Source: an uncultured Pseudomonadales bacterium (GTDB lineage: Bacteria > Pseudomonadota > Gammaproteobacteria > Pseudomonadales > UBA7434). Taken from it: a stretch of 64,000 nt of DNA. The notes under the pieces are model-generated. The model had not been told where the DNA came from and ran no database searches. It saw nothing but the letters and a program-made list of their open reading frames with translations. Below are positions 19,622-29,272 of the stretch, piece after piece. The stretch is taken from assembly GCA_964504585.1 (NCBI GenBank), contig CAZDEW010000001.1, forward strand, positions 29,711-93,710. Reading direction: 5' to 3'. A program made the translations under genes and the position numbers. The first letter of the stretch is position 1. Each line of letters begins with the position of its first letter.

Positions 19622-20359
19622 GTGTTAGTAATACCCGCTATAGACCTTAAAGATGGACTCTGCGTACGCCTTAAGCAGGGCTTGATGGACGAATCAACCG
19701 TCTTTTCTGACAACCCCGTAGAAATGGCTGAGCGATGGGTTAATGCTGGCTGCCGGCGCTTACACCTGGTTGATCTCAATGGCGCATTTGATGGCAAGCC
19801 TGTTAATGGGGGCGCCATTACAGCCATCGCAAAAGCCTATCCAGAATTGCCTATACAAATTGGTGGCGGGATTCGCGAGGTGTCAACAGTAGAAGCCTAT
19901 CTGGAAGCAGGCGTTAGCTTCTTAATTATCGGAACGAAAGCGGTTAGAGAACCTGAATTTGTCTCCGAGCTGTGTCGACTTTTTCCGGGGCGGATTATCG
20001 TTGGGCTGGACGCCATAGATGGCCTTGTGGCTACTGATGGCTGGGCGAACGTTTCTACACTAAAGGCCACGGAGCTCGCCAAGCGTTTTGAACAGGATGG
20101 TGTCTCTTCGATCGTTTACACCGATATTGCTCGAGACGGAATGATGCAGGGGGTCAATATTGAGCAGACGGTTGCTATGTGCGACGCGTCTAGCACTCCT
20201 GTGATTGCATCGGGTGGTGTGACCAATATGCAAGATATCAGAGCCCTGACCGAGGTGTGTGATCGCGGCATCATTGGCGCGATTACCGGGCGCGCGATTT
20301 ACGAGGGTACGCTTGATCTGGCTGAAGCCCAGTCGTACTGCGATAGCGCCAATAGCTAA
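19622..20359 (+). CDS. hisA: 1-(5-phosphoribosyl)-5-[(5-phosphoribosylamino)methylideneamino]imidazole-4-carboxamide isomerase
   Basis: GTG start. It carries [37 protein letters not shown] and ASGGV. Confidence 0.95.
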   Translation: MLVIPAIDLKDGLCVRLKQGLMDESTVFSDNPVEMAERWVNAGCRRLHLVDLNGAFDGKPVNGGAITAIAKAYPELPIQIGGGIREVSTVEAYLEAGVSFLIIGTKAVREPEFVSELCRLFPGRIIVGLDAIDGLVATDGWANVSTLKATELAKRFEQDGVSSIVYTDIARDGMMQGVNIEQTVAMCDASSTPVIASGGVTNMQDIRALTEVCDRGIIGAITGRAIYEGTLDLAEAQSYCDSANS

Positions 20360-20500
20360 AAATAATTCGCGGATTTTATCAAGCCCACGGCGAAGCCAAT
20401 CGACCTGAATAATATCGAGCTTCTACCCGCGAATTGGCGATTCGAGAATAGTAAGCGGGGTGAATTTAGGTAAGAAACTGTTGCTCGCAAGACGCGTTGG

Positions 20501-22045
20501 TCAAGATGCGCCCGTTCCTATGCGTCGGTAGAGTTGCCTGACCCGCGCCTTGAGCCCTGATTTTTCCAACAGCCAGTGTATAGATGCTTCCGTTGAGGCA
20601 TTGAGTTTTATCAGGCCGAGCAGAAAAGAGTTTTTAGGCGTTTTACGCATCATCCAAATATTGGCGCTGTTTGTGACGGTATCAGAAAAACGGCCTTTGT
20701 AGGGTGCGTCGCCTTCGCCGAAATCATACCACCTCGGCGTGTCGTGCTCGAAGAGGTCTTCGAGTTCTTTGTACATCAGCAAGTTTCCAGGCGAGAGCTT
20801 GCGATAGCTTTGATCAAAGCCCACCTCTGCCCCATAAACATAGTTTTTATACTGGTAAGCTATTTCGAAGGCTATTGGTTTTTCTTCGCTGTACATTAGA
20901 TAACAGCGCAGTAAACCTAAGCTGGCGAGGGTTTTAAATAGCGCCTTCTGTGTTGCGTCGTTGGGAACGCGGTTTCCATACACATTGGCCTGCCAGGATC
21001 GAGAGGAAATTTCATGTGCCTGACTTAAGAATGTTTCGACCTTTTCAGGCTCTGTTATTCTTAGAAAACTAAACTCCGGGTTTTTTCTCAATATACGCCT
21101 GAATTCTTTAAGCGTAGATTTTGAAAACTGTGCCCAATAACTGTCGGCCCCGTCGCTCATACGAATTTTGTGTTTACGCTCGGCAGGTTCAAGCGCGACC
21201 CATCGCAAGCCAGGCGTGTCACCCTTTGCAAAAGTCTCCCAAATTGAGGTGTGATTTTCCAGGTCTTCGGTTAGCAGCAGGCTGGATTCATACTGGTCGA
21301 GAAGATCAGGCAAAACCTTAAGCACAACATTTAGAGCCTGCTCGGGATCTGGACCAATGATTCTTTTCCCTGCGAGCAGGTAACCCTTGAATACAGCATC
21401 AGGTAGGTATCCGAAAAAGAGTCTTCGCTTTTGCTGTATAGGTTTGAGAACGGCAACGTTGACGCTGTCGGCGAAGGCGATTCTGAGGATGATTAATGGC
21501 CGTTGCGCTGAGAACTCGTCGCGGAACAGTACGTAGGCTGGGTGTTGAAAAATACTGGCTTCTGGATCTTTATCGAGTGCTTCACACCATAGCGCCTGCC
21601 AATCTTCAGCGCTTAACGGGCTCAAGTTGTTGTCTTTGTCTACCGCGACGTCGAAGGCGCAAACCTTGTTGCTGGCCCCCGAAAAAATGATGTCTGCATC
21701 TTGGGGCTGGCCCATCTTTTTGCGCTCGGCTTTGTTAGGGGTGTAATCTACTGGTGTGGGCGATGTGTCCTCGCAGAGCTTAGCTTTCAGGCTCGGCGTG
21801 ATTTCTTCTGTGCCCTGTTGGCGTGTTGCGCTTTCCATTATAGATAACTTTTCGACCGGCCGGGATTTTAAGACTTGTCCGACATATTTTGATAGATCAA
21901 ATATTGTACAGTTTAGAGGCGGCTTTGTGAAGGTGTTAGCGTATAGCAGTTGCAAAATATGACTGTGCAGGACCAGCTGCTTTTGCGTCGAGTCTTTAGA
22001 CGCGTTGCCGTGATTTATTCCGATTACACAAAACGCTTGACGCAT
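20501..22045 (-). CDS. CelD/BcsL-like GNAT acetyltransferase (Acetyltransf_6 type)
   Basis: The C-terminal half looks like the CelD/FemAB-like GNAT fold: LLRCYLMYSEEKPIAFEIAYQYKNYVYGAEVGFDQSYRKLSPGNLLMYKELEDLF...YDFGEGDAPYKGRFS. The start is uncertain, with in-frame candidates TTG 22060, ATG 22045, ATG 21838 and ATG 21715. The homologous core begins around LSAEDWQALW. Confidence 0.7.
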   Translation of the reverse strand: MRQAFCVIGINHGNASKDSTQKQLVLHSHILQLLYANTFTKPPLNCTIFDLSKYVGQVLKSRPVEKLSIMESATRQQGTEEITPSLKAKLCEDTSPTPVDYTPNKAERKKMGQPQDADIIFSGASNKVCAFDVAVDKDNNLSPLSAEDWQALWCEALDKDPEASIFQHPAYVLFRDEFSAQRPLIILRIAFADSVNVAVLKPIQQKRRLFFGYLPDAVFKGYLLAGKRIIGPDPEQALNVVLKVLPDLLDQYESSLLLTEDLENHTSIWETFAKGDTPGLRWVALEPAERKHKIRMSDGADSYWAQFSKSTLKEFRRILRKNPEFSFLRITEPEKVETFLSQAHEISSRSWQANVYGNRVPNDATQKALFKTLASLGLLRCYLMYSEEKPIAFEIAYQYKNYVYGAEVGFDQSYRKLSPGNLLMYKELEDLFEHDTPRWYDFGEGDAPYKGRFSDTVTNSANIWMMRKTPKNSFLLGLIKLNASTEASIHWLLEKSGLKARVRQLYRRIGTGAS

Positions 22046-22130
22046 AATAATAGCCTGCAAACAGCGGGCGTTTATTTTGGTTTAACCCGTTTTTCTCGCT
22101 GTGCAAACGCTTTAAGGGTCAGAGTTAGAT

Positions 22131-22919
22131 ATGCCGCTATGCAAACGAATAATCCCTTGCCTTGATGTTGATAACGGTCGGGTGGTCAAAGGTGTAAAGT
22201 TTGTCGACATCCGCGATGCCGGTGATCCGGTCGAGGTTGCCCGGCGCTATAACCTTGAAGGTGCTGATGAGATCACGTTTCTTGATATTACGGCTAGTCA
22301 TCAGGGCAGAGATACAACCGTAAAGACCGTTGAGCGCATGGCGAGCGAAGTATTTATCCCGCTGACTGTCGGCGGAGGAATTCGAGAAGTTGCAGACATT
22401 CGACGGATGTTGAATGCGGGTGCGGATAAAGTCAGCATCAATACAGCAGCGATTTTTAATCCAGAGTTTGTGCAGCAGTCTGCTGAGAAGTTCGGCTCGC
22501 AGTGCATCGTGGTCGCCATCGATGCGAAGCAGGTGGCCTGGCAGTCAAGAGGGGATCAATGTGACCGCTGGGAGATTTTCACGCATGGTGGCAGAAAAAA
22601 CACTGGGATCGACGCAATCGAGTGGGCTGTAAAGATGACGAGCTACGGCGCAGGCGAGATTCTTCTAACAAGCATGGATCAGGATGGTGTGAAACAGGGC
22701 TTCGATCTGGCGCTTACGAAAGCGGTGAGTGATGCGGTGCAGGTACCTGTCATTGCCTCGGGCGGCGTCGGCAATCTGGATCACCTTGCCGATGGTGTGC
22801 TCGAGGGAGGCGCGGAAGCCGTTCTGGCCGCCAGTATTTTTCACTTTGGCGAGTACACCATTCAGCAGGCCAAGCAGCACATGGCAAAACGAGGAATAGA
22901 GGTCCGCCAGCAGGCTTGA
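22131..22919 (+). CDS. hisF: imidazole glycerol phosphate synthase, cyclase subunit
   Basis: It carries [42 protein letters not shown] and ASGGVGN. Confidence 0.95.
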   Translation: MPLCKRIIPCLDVDNGRVVKGVKFVDIRDAGDPVEVARRYNLEGADEITFLDITASHQGRDTTVKTVERMASEVFIPLTVGGGIREVADIRRMLNAGADKVSINTAAIFNPEFVQQSAEKFGSQCIVVAIDAKQVAWQSRGDQCDRWEIFTHGGRKNTGIDAIEWAVKMTSYGAGEILLTSMDQDGVKQGFDLALTKAVSDAVQVPVIASGGVGNLDHLADGVLEGGAEAVLAASIFHFGEYTIQQAKQHMAKRGIEVRQQA

Positions 22920-22992
22920 CCAGAGGCTTGACGCTAGTGCTAGCAAATTAAAAGAAGCCGCGTAAAGTACACAGTAGACAACGCGGTCACGG

Positions 22993-23013
22993 CGCGTGCT
23001 CGTCAAGCACGCG
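22993..23013. terminator. GC-rich hairpin between convergent hisF and the small ORF (possible bidirectional terminator)
   Basis: CGCGTGCT (22993-23000) pairs with AGCACGCG (23006-23013), giving an 8-bp stem and a 5-nt loop. The flanking T/A tracts are poor, so confidence is low. Confidence 0.3.
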
Positions 23014-23037
23014 ACTTCTCAACGAGTCTGTGTCGAC

Positions 23038-23286
23038 CTAGTGGGTGGTTTGCTCGGTCCGACTGTAAGCTTCAAGCATTATTTTCCGTATGCGTGGCTT
23101 CGACAGTTGGATGAATTCAAGGTAATCCGAGAGTCCGAGCGTTGCAGAGTCTCTGGTGGAATAGGGCCCCACGGTCGAACCTTCGCGCGTCGCAAAAAAC
23201 CAGTCGTTGTTTAACCGGAAGAAGCGCTCTCCCCGGGCTGGGATAGCGCCGGATTCGCCATGCCTGTTCTGATGCTCGTTTGCCAT
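23038..23286 (-). CDS. small conserved-looking hypothetical protein (82 aa)
   Basis: The ORF has an ATG start. The sequence RFFRLNNDWFFATREGSTVGPYSTRDSA...YLEF looks like a folded small domain. I cannot name a family with confidence. Confidence 0.5.
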   Translation of the reverse strand: MANEHQNRHGESGAIPARGERFFRLNNDWFFATREGSTVGPYSTRDSATLGLSDYLEFIQLSKPRIRKIMLEAYSRTEQTTH

Positions 23287-23420
23287 TTAACTATTTGATT
23301 TTTAACTATTTTATTTTGCGCGTGCTTGAAGCTAAACTTGTTGCACTTGGTCCCATCCGGAAGTTTAACCTAAATCGGCGCCTTGCTCAAATAGTAGACA
23401 GCTCCTAGCTGCGAAAGTTT

Positions 23421-24257
23421 CTAGTCGATGGAGGCCAGCTGACCCTGAGTTTGAATACCCAGTGCCTCACTTACCTTGATCAACTCGACCTGAGCTTTGA
23501 TAGACGGCAGCTGCTGCTCCAGAAACGACAGGGTGCTGCGGTACGGATGCCCAATGACAACGGACAGCCCGTCGGCCTTGGCGTTCGCAATGGCTCTTTT
23601 CATGATGCTCTCCATGGCTTCAGCATTGCGCTTGTGATCGAGGAAATATTCGCGCGCCAGATAGGGCACTTTGAACTCTGCGGCAGCGTACTTCGCTGAG
23701 CTTGAACCGGTGGTTTTGCTATCGATAAAGTAAAGGTTTCGTCGCTCAAGTTCAGCCATCAGCCAGTTCATCTTGTCTCGCTGCTGCGTAAGCAGGCTTC
23801 CCATGTGATTGCTGATACCCACAGCGTTGGGGACTTCCTTGAGTGCGCGATCGATGCGGGCGGTAAACTCTGGGCGATCGAGTCGGTTATAAAGACCGGC
23901 CGGTCCTAGAAGCTGCTCGCCCATTGCTTCCATAGGCATGTGCAGCAGTACTTCTTTTTCAGGGCCTTTTGCTGCTGCGTAGTTGGCTAATCTCGTTGCC
24001 TGAGGTGTATGGGGTAATACAGCGTAATTGAGCTTGCCCGGAAGCTCAATTGCGCGCTGCCCCAACTCAAAGTGATTACCTATATCATCAATAATCAACA
24101 CCAGGCGGGCCCGCGATGAATCTTCCGCCAGCGCGGAATTGGCGGTCAGCAAAACAAGTGCGGGCAGGATCAGTGTCGATGGGAGCGATGTGAGCTTCTG
24201 TATGCACTGCGCTCGGTTATTCAGTGCTATAAAAAGGCGTGTAATTATCTTTAACAA
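23421..24257 (-). CDS. yibQ: divergent polysaccharide deacetylase family protein (YibQ-like)
   Basis: A signal peptide is followed by LVLIIDDIGN...NYAVLPHTP...LLHMPME...ISNHMGS. The gene lies downstream of envC and ctpA. TTG start. Confidence 0.85.
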   Translation of the reverse strand: MLKIITRLFIALNNRAQCIQKLTSLPSTLILPALVLLTANSALAEDSSRARLVLIIDDIGNHFELGQRAIELPGKLNYAVLPHTPQATRLANYAAAKGPEKEVLLHMPMEAMGEQLLGPAGLYNRLDRPEFTARIDRALKEVPNAVGISNHMGSLLTQQRDKMNWLMAELERRNLYFIDSKTTGSSSAKYAAAEFKVPYLAREYFLDHKRNAEAMESIMKRAIANAKADGLSVVIGHPYRSTLSFLEQQLPSIKAQVELIKVSEALGIQTQGQLASID

Positions 24258-24429
24258 AACTGGCTCCCGGCAAACAGGTCATTTAAAAGTGAGATAAATA
24301 GATGGCCGATATTCTTAACCATTGAACCTGCTTTGGATAGCAAACTATTTCATGCTTTCCAATGGCGACATCATTTTGCAGTGCAGATCCGAACGAACAT
24401 TTTTTGTAGCGTGCAATGGCGGGTCTGGG

Positions 24430-25899
24430 CTAGGTTCCGTTCGCAGCGGCTCGCTGCTGATTCGAATTAATGATATGTAGACCTTTCAGCAGATTGATCG
24501 CTTCATAGAGCTGGTTGTCGGCGGTCAACAGTTCTCCTTCCTCTTCATCGGAGCTTGCCTCCTGATCGCCCTCACTGTCTTCGCCGCTTTTATTGCTCAA
24601 ATGGCCTCGGAGATTAGCTTCTGAAATCGATGCTGCAGGGTCATAACGGGTTATTTTGGCGCGTTCGACAACAATATCTGGTTCAATGCCCTGAGCCTGA
24701 ATAGATCTGCCAAAGGGCGTGAAATATCGGGCGGTTGTCAGCTTCATGCCATGCGTTGTCGACAGTGGTATGACGGATTGAACCGACCCCTTACCGAAGC
24801 TCGTGGTGCCAAGAATAACGGCGCGTTGATGATCCTGTAGTGCGCCTGCCACGATTTCCGAGGCGGAAGCCGAGCCGCCGTTGATTAGAACGATGACAGG
24901 TAAGGTTATCGTGTCTTCACTTTGAGTTGCTTCAAATCGGCTGAGCGATGCCTCGATACGACCTTCTGTATAGACAATTAATCCCTCATCAATAAAGGCG
25001 TCGACGACCTCGACCGCGGCCTGAAGTACGCCTCCCGGATTATTACGCAGATCCAGGACGATTCCCTTTACTGGCTGGCTGGTGTTTTCCTTGCTTGCGA
25101 TTGCTTTTTCGTAAGCGCGCATCAAATCCTTTCCGGTATTTCCCTGAAACTGCGCGATTCGTAAATAGAGGTAGTCCTCTTCGACAAAGCGATGTCTGAC
25201 GCTAATCACCTCGATGACGTCGCGGACTATTTCGATATCGAAAGGCTGGGCAATACCCTCGCGTACAATCGTTAGCACGACACTGGTATCGATCTCGCCA
25301 CGCATTTTCTTGACCGCTTCGTTCAGGGAAATGCCCTTCACAGGTTCATTGTCTATCGAGACGATGAGATCTCCACTTTCGACCCCGGCTCGCTGGGCAG
25401 GTGTATCATCGATGGGCGCGATCACTTTGACAAAACCATCTTCCATGCCAACCTCGAGGCCGAGACCGCCAAATTCACCGGTGGCACTGACCTGTAATTC
25501 ACCAAATGTTTGCGGCTCCAGATAATTCGAGTGAGGGTCGAGCTCGAGAAGCATGCCTCTAATTGCATTGCGCAAGAGCGTGCTGTCGTCGACATCCTCG
25601 ACGTAGGTTTTTCGAATCTGGGTGAAAGCATTGACAAACGCACGCAGCTCGTCGAGCGGTAAAGAGCCTGCAGCGGCATTGCGCAGGTCTTCACTCAGAT
25701 CGGCGTCGTCCAGTAGATCCGCGTCTTGCTCAGCGCCGACGCTTATGCTTGCCAAAAACAAGAACAGAGCGCCGAGGCCTGCACGTGTGATTTGCCCCTT
25801 TACTAACAGCCATCTGTGGGGGAACAGCCATGAGCTGGCCAAAAAGAGTCGAGGGAGCATTAACAGCAGCCTTAAATTTTTCAGAGGGGTGAATCGCAT
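24430..25899 (-). CDS. ctpA: carboxy-terminal processing protease (S41 family)
   Basis: It has a PDZ domain (AGVESGDLIVSIDNEPV), the catalytic Ser in LINGGSASASEI and the Lys in SFGKGSVQ. The true start may lie downstream of 25899, because the signal peptide is preceded by about 30 aa. Confidence 0.9.
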   Translation of the reverse strand: MRFTPLKNLRLLLMLPRLFLASSWLFPHRWLLVKGQITRAGLGALFLFLASISVGAEQDADLLDDADLSEDLRNAAAGSLPLDELRAFVNAFTQIRKTYVEDVDDSTLLRNAIRGMLLELDPHSNYLEPQTFGELQVSATGEFGGLGLEVGMEDGFVKVIAPIDDTPAQRAGVESGDLIVSIDNEPVKGISLNEAVKKMRGEIDTSVVLTIVREGIAQPFDIEIVRDVIEVISVRHRFVEEDYLYLRIAQFQGNTGKDLMRAYEKAIASKENTSQPVKGIVLDLRNNPGGVLQAAVEVVDAFIDEGLIVYTEGRIEASLSRFEATQSEDTITLPVIVLINGGSASASEIVAGALQDHQRAVILGTTSFGKGSVQSVIPLSTTHGMKLTTARYFTPFGRSIQAQGIEPDIVVERAKITRYDPAASISEANLRGHLSNKSGEDSEGDQEASSDEEEGELLTADNQLYEAINLLKGLHIINSNQQRAAANGT

Positions 25900-26006
25900 A
25901 GTATTTGCCAGAAACTGAAAATCTAGAGATTATCCCGCCGCGGCGAGTAAACCTGCGATTAGCATTCTAGCCTTGGAGGGTCGGTCTGACGAGCGGTTTT
26001 ATCGAG

Positions 26007-27197
26007 CTAAGCACGTTTACTGAACCAGCCAACCGGGTTTTGCGGTTTACCATCTTTACGGACTTCCAGATAAAGTTCTGCAGATTTATGACCGCCGGAA
26101 GAGCCTACGGTTGCAATCGTTTCCCCCGTTGTCACAAAGTCTCCAACCTGACGCACCAGTGTCTCATTGCGGCCGTAAAGCGACCAGTAACCTTCGCCAT
26201 GGTCGACGATTATCAACATGCCCTGTGCGGGAAGATAATCCGCGAAAATAACGGTTCCGCTATAAATGCTGTGTACCGTCGTTCCCGCGTCGGCGGCGAT
26301 GGTTATGCCCTGCCACCTTCTCGAGGAGTCTGGTTTGCGCTGGCCAAACTTGACAACCTGATCACCCGTGGCAGGCCATTGCAGTTTGCCTTTGGTCTTT
26401 CCAAATGGATACGCGTCAGCAGCTCTTCTTGCGGCTTCGAAACGCTTGCTTACTCGTTCATTTAATTTTTTGATGAGTGATTCCAGGGCGAGTTGATCCT
26501 GTTCCCTGGCGCTGCGCGCTTCTGCAGCGTCTGCTAGTTCGCTGTCGAGCTTGCTAAGCAGTTGCTTGTGTCTGACCCGCTGCTCCTGTAGCTCGGTGTG
26601 GGTCCTTTCGAGCTCAATCAACTGTGCTGCCGACTGCTCCTGGCGGGCGAGTAGCTGTGTCTCGAGAGTCGTTTGTCGTGTTTGCAGGTTCTGGAGATCT
26701 GCTATCTGCTCTGCCGTCTGTTCGTTGATCGTTCGCAGGGCAATCGCTGTTCGCTGTTTTTCCACCGGATTTCTCGATGACAGCCAGAGCGAGAGTTGGC
26801 TGCGATCTTTCATTTGGTAAAGTAGCTGGAGTCGACCGGCCAGCTTTTCTGACTTGTCCACAATCGCGAGTCCAGTGTCTTTCTTTTCTCGGGTCAACTC
26901 AAGTATCTCGGCCTCGATGAGCTGCTGTCTGGTTTTTAACGCGAAGTTCTCCGCCGCCGTTTCAGCGAGCGTTTGCTCGAGTGCCTGCAGCGAGCGACTC
27001 TGCTTGCTGCGCTGCTTCTGCTGCTGGCTAATTTTTTGGCTAATCTGGGCGATTTCCTGTTTAAGCGCTTCAAGGTCGCGCAGCCGCTCTTCTCGCTCTG
27101 ATGCCCATGCAGAGTTAGCAAGCAATGCCAGCGACAAACCATAAGCAAGCAATGTTGACCAGATTTTTATGTGTGTTTGAAACAAGTATGTACTCAC
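26007..27197 (-). CDS. envC: murein hydrolase activator EnvC (coiled coil plus degenerate LytM domain)
   Basis: A signal peptide is followed by about 230 aa of Gln/Leu/Glu-rich coiled coil and a C-terminal M23/LytM fold. The Zn ligands look degenerate (WQGITIAAD and LYLEVR where active enzymes have HxxxD and LHFE), as in E. coli EnvC. GTG start. Confidence 0.85.
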   Translation of the reverse strand: MSTYLFQTHIKIWSTLLAYGLSLALLANSAWASEREERLRDLEALKQEIAQISQKISQQQKQRSKQSRSLQALEQTLAETAAENFALKTRQQLIEAEILELTREKKDTGLAIVDKSEKLAGRLQLLYQMKDRSQLSLWLSSRNPVEKQRTAIALRTINEQTAEQIADLQNLQTRQTTLETQLLARQEQSAAQLIELERTHTELQEQRVRHKQLLSKLDSELADAAEARSAREQDQLALESLIKKLNERVSKRFEAARRAADAYPFGKTKGKLQWPATGDQVVKFGQRKPDSSRRWQGITIAADAGTTVHSIYSGTVIFADYLPAQGMLIIVDHGEGYWSLYGRNETLVRQVGDFVTTGETIATVGSSGGHKSAELYLEVRKDGKPQNPVGWFSKRA

Positions 27198-27404
27198 TTA
27201 CTCATTCGGCCAAAGACGGATTGGTTGTTTTTCGCTCAGCCTGATACGCCCTTATTTTGATGTCGTTTTCGCAAAATATCGGCGTCAGCGCGCCGGCGCT
27301 GGCACTGCTGGCGATTATCGGTTGAGTGTGTATACTTCGCCACCGTTCATTGACCTAACCAGAGTTTTTGCGGGTTCAGGCAACACGACAGGGTTAATAG
27401 TTTA

Positions 27405-27848
27405 GTGGAAAAAATTGTTCTATTTGCTTCTGATCAATGGTTATTGATCACAGCTCTTGCAGCAGCGCTGTGGGGTCTTGTTTTTCTCGAAAACAAACGA
27501 GCTGGTATCAGCGTCACCCCGGCAACGCTAACCAAAATGGTCAACAGCGGTAACGCTGTCGTCATCGATCTGCGCGAGAAGCCCGAGTACGACAGTGGTC
27601 ATATTGTCGATGCCAAAAGTATCCCGTACAAGAGCCTGCACGCAGATCTTTCCAAGACGGGTGCCGATGAGGGCGCCGAGAATCCGATGGAAGCTTATCG
27701 CGATAAAGATGTTGTGTTGGTTTGCAAGATGGGCCAGCACTCGTCGCAGATAGCGAAAAAGCTCGCGGCGGAGAATTTCAAGGTATATCGGCTGGGTGGT
27801 GGGCTGATGGAGTGGCAAAGCGCGCAAATGCCGTTGGTCAAGGGTTAG
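27405..27848 (+). CDS. yibN: membrane-anchored rhodanese-domain protein (YibN-like)
   Basis: An N-terminal TM segment (LLITALAAALWGLVFL) is followed by a rhodanese fold with active-site loop VCKMGQHS. It is divergent from envC and upstream of grx-secB, as in E. coli. GTG start. Confidence 0.8.
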   Translation: MEKIVLFASDQWLLITALAAALWGLVFLENKRAGISVTPATLTKMVNSGNAVVIDLREKPEYDSGHIVDAKSIPYKSLHADLSKTGADEGAENPMEAYRDKDVVLVCKMGQHSSQIAKKLAAENFKVYRLGGGLMEWQSAQMPLVKG

Positions 27849-27855
27849 CACCACG

Positions 27856-28122
27856 ATGGACGAGCAAGATTATCCGGTTACGATCTATACCACGAGGCTT
27901 TGCGGTTTCTGCCACGCTGCTAAGCGTTTTTTCAAGCAGCAGGGTATTCCATTCAAAGAAGTGCCGGCTGACGGAAATGCTCAGCTGAGGGAGGAACTCC
28001 GCGAGCGTACCGGGCAACACACAGTTCCGCAAATATGGATCAATGATCACCATATCGGTGGATTTACCGATTTGATGGAGCTTGAAAGTCAAGGCGGGTT
28101 GCAGGACCTTTTAAAGCAATAA
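27856..28122 (+). CDS. grxC: glutaredoxin (Grx3-like) with an atypical CGFC active site
   Basis: The sequence is VTIYTTRLCGFCHAAKRFF...TVPQIWINDHHIGGFTDL. The active-site codons tgc ggt ttc tgc are at 27901-27912. Confidence 0.9.
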   Translation: MDEQDYPVTIYTTRLCGFCHAAKRFFKQQGIPFKEVPADGNAQLREELRERTGQHTVPQIWINDHHIGGFTDLMELESQGGLQDLLKQ

Positions 28123-28236
28123 CTGATCATCTGTCGAGCAGCTGAGAAATTTTCCACGGCGGCGAACAAGCTGGCGATGGGCTAGACTCTAAGGCTTCGA
28201 CGCTAAAATTAAGACTATATTTGAGGACTAAACACT

Positions 28237-28707
28237 ATGGCCGAAGAAACAGCTGCAGGCCAACAGCCACAATTTGCAATTCAGCGAACCTTTATCAAGG
28301 ATCTTTCTTTTGAAACGCCAATGGGTGTTAAGGTTTTCACACAGCAGGGCTTTCAGCCCAAAATGCAGCTGGATGTGAATACCAAGGGCTCGACGATCGG
28401 CGAAAATACACATGAGATTGTGCTTACTCTCACGGTGACTGCGAAGATAGAAGAAGAAACTGCTTATATTATCGAACTTCAGCAAGCAGGCATTTTCGTA
28501 GTTGCTGGTTTCCCGGATGAGCAACAAAAGCATGTGCTTGGCGCTGTCTGCCCGAACTTCCTGTTCCCTTACGCGAGAGAAGCGGTTGACGGGGTCGCGG
28601 TCAAAGGTGGGTTTCCCCCAATACAGCTCGCGCCGATCGATTTTGATGCGCTGTTCAGAAACGCTCAGGCTCAGGAAGCCGGCGGTGATTCGCCCACAAT
28701 CAACTGA
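28237..28707 (+). CDS. secB: protein-export chaperone SecB
   Basis: FAIQRTFIKDLSFETP...VLTLTVTAK...CPNFLFPYAREAVDGVAVKGGFPPIQLAPIDFDALF is collinear with E. coli SecB. Confidence 0.93.
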   Translation: MAEETAAGQQPQFAIQRTFIKDLSFETPMGVKVFTQQGFQPKMQLDVNTKGSTIGENTHEIVLTLTVTAKIEEETAYIIELQQAGIFVVAGFPDEQQKHVLGAVCPNFLFPYAREAVDGVAVKGGFPPIQLAPIDFDALFRNAQAQEAGGDSPTIN

Positions 28708-28760
28708 GGCCGCGCTCTAAGCGCATAACTATACCGGTAGCGGCCTGTTGTCGCAGGCTG

Positions 28761-29243
28761 CTACCTGCTCTCTCCATTCGGTGCCGACACGAAGCCGTTT
28801 TGGCGCCACGCTTCATAAATGCTAACGGCAACTGCATTAGAAAGGTTTAAAGAGCGGCTTGCAGTCAACATAGGGATTCTGAGGCGTTGTTTTTCCTCGT
28901 ATTGCTCGAGAATCTCAGTCGGTAAACCTCTCGACTCTGGGCCGAATACCAGGTAGTCGCCAGCATTGAAGTTAGCCTGATGGTAGTTTCGACTGGCTTT
29001 TGTCGTCATTGCGAAGCTCGCTGCCGCAGCGGGTAGCGATAACTGAAACGAAGAATAATCCTGCCAGATTTTAACCTCTGCGAATTCGTGATAATCAAGC
29101 CCCGCTCGGCGCAGGCGTTTATCATCCCAATCAAATCCCAGTGGTTCTATTAGATGTAGACGGGCACCGGTGTTGGCACAAAGCCTGATGATATTTCCGG
29201 TGTTTGGCGCGATCTCTGGTTCAAATAAGACGACATTAAACAT
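28761..29243 (-). CDS. trmL: tRNA (cytidine(34)/5-carboxymethylaminomethyluridine(34)-2'-O)-methyltransferase
   Basis: It is a SPOUT family protein: [37 protein letters not shown]...[10 protein letters not shown]...[10 protein letters not shown]. Confidence 0.9.
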   Translation of the reverse strand: MFNVVLFEPEIAPNTGNIIRLCANTGARLHLIEPLGFDWDDKRLRRAGLDYHEFAEVKIWQDYSSFQLSLPAAAASFAMTTKASRNYHQANFNAGDYLVFGPESRGLPTEILEQYEEKQRLRIPMLTASRSLNLSNAVAVSIYEAWRQNGFVSAPNGESR

Positions 29244-29272
29244 CAGTCGAGTATAACTGACCTCGAGCCGTC

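Noticed and set aside
20364-20435. A 9-bp inverted repeat (AATTCGCGG ... CCGCGAATT) between hisA and the GNAT gene, as a terminator or insertion boundary.
   Set aside because: The 54-nt loop and the lack of a T-tract argue against a terminator. There is no matching repeat on the other side of the GNAT gene (22046-22130), so it does not delimit a mobile element.
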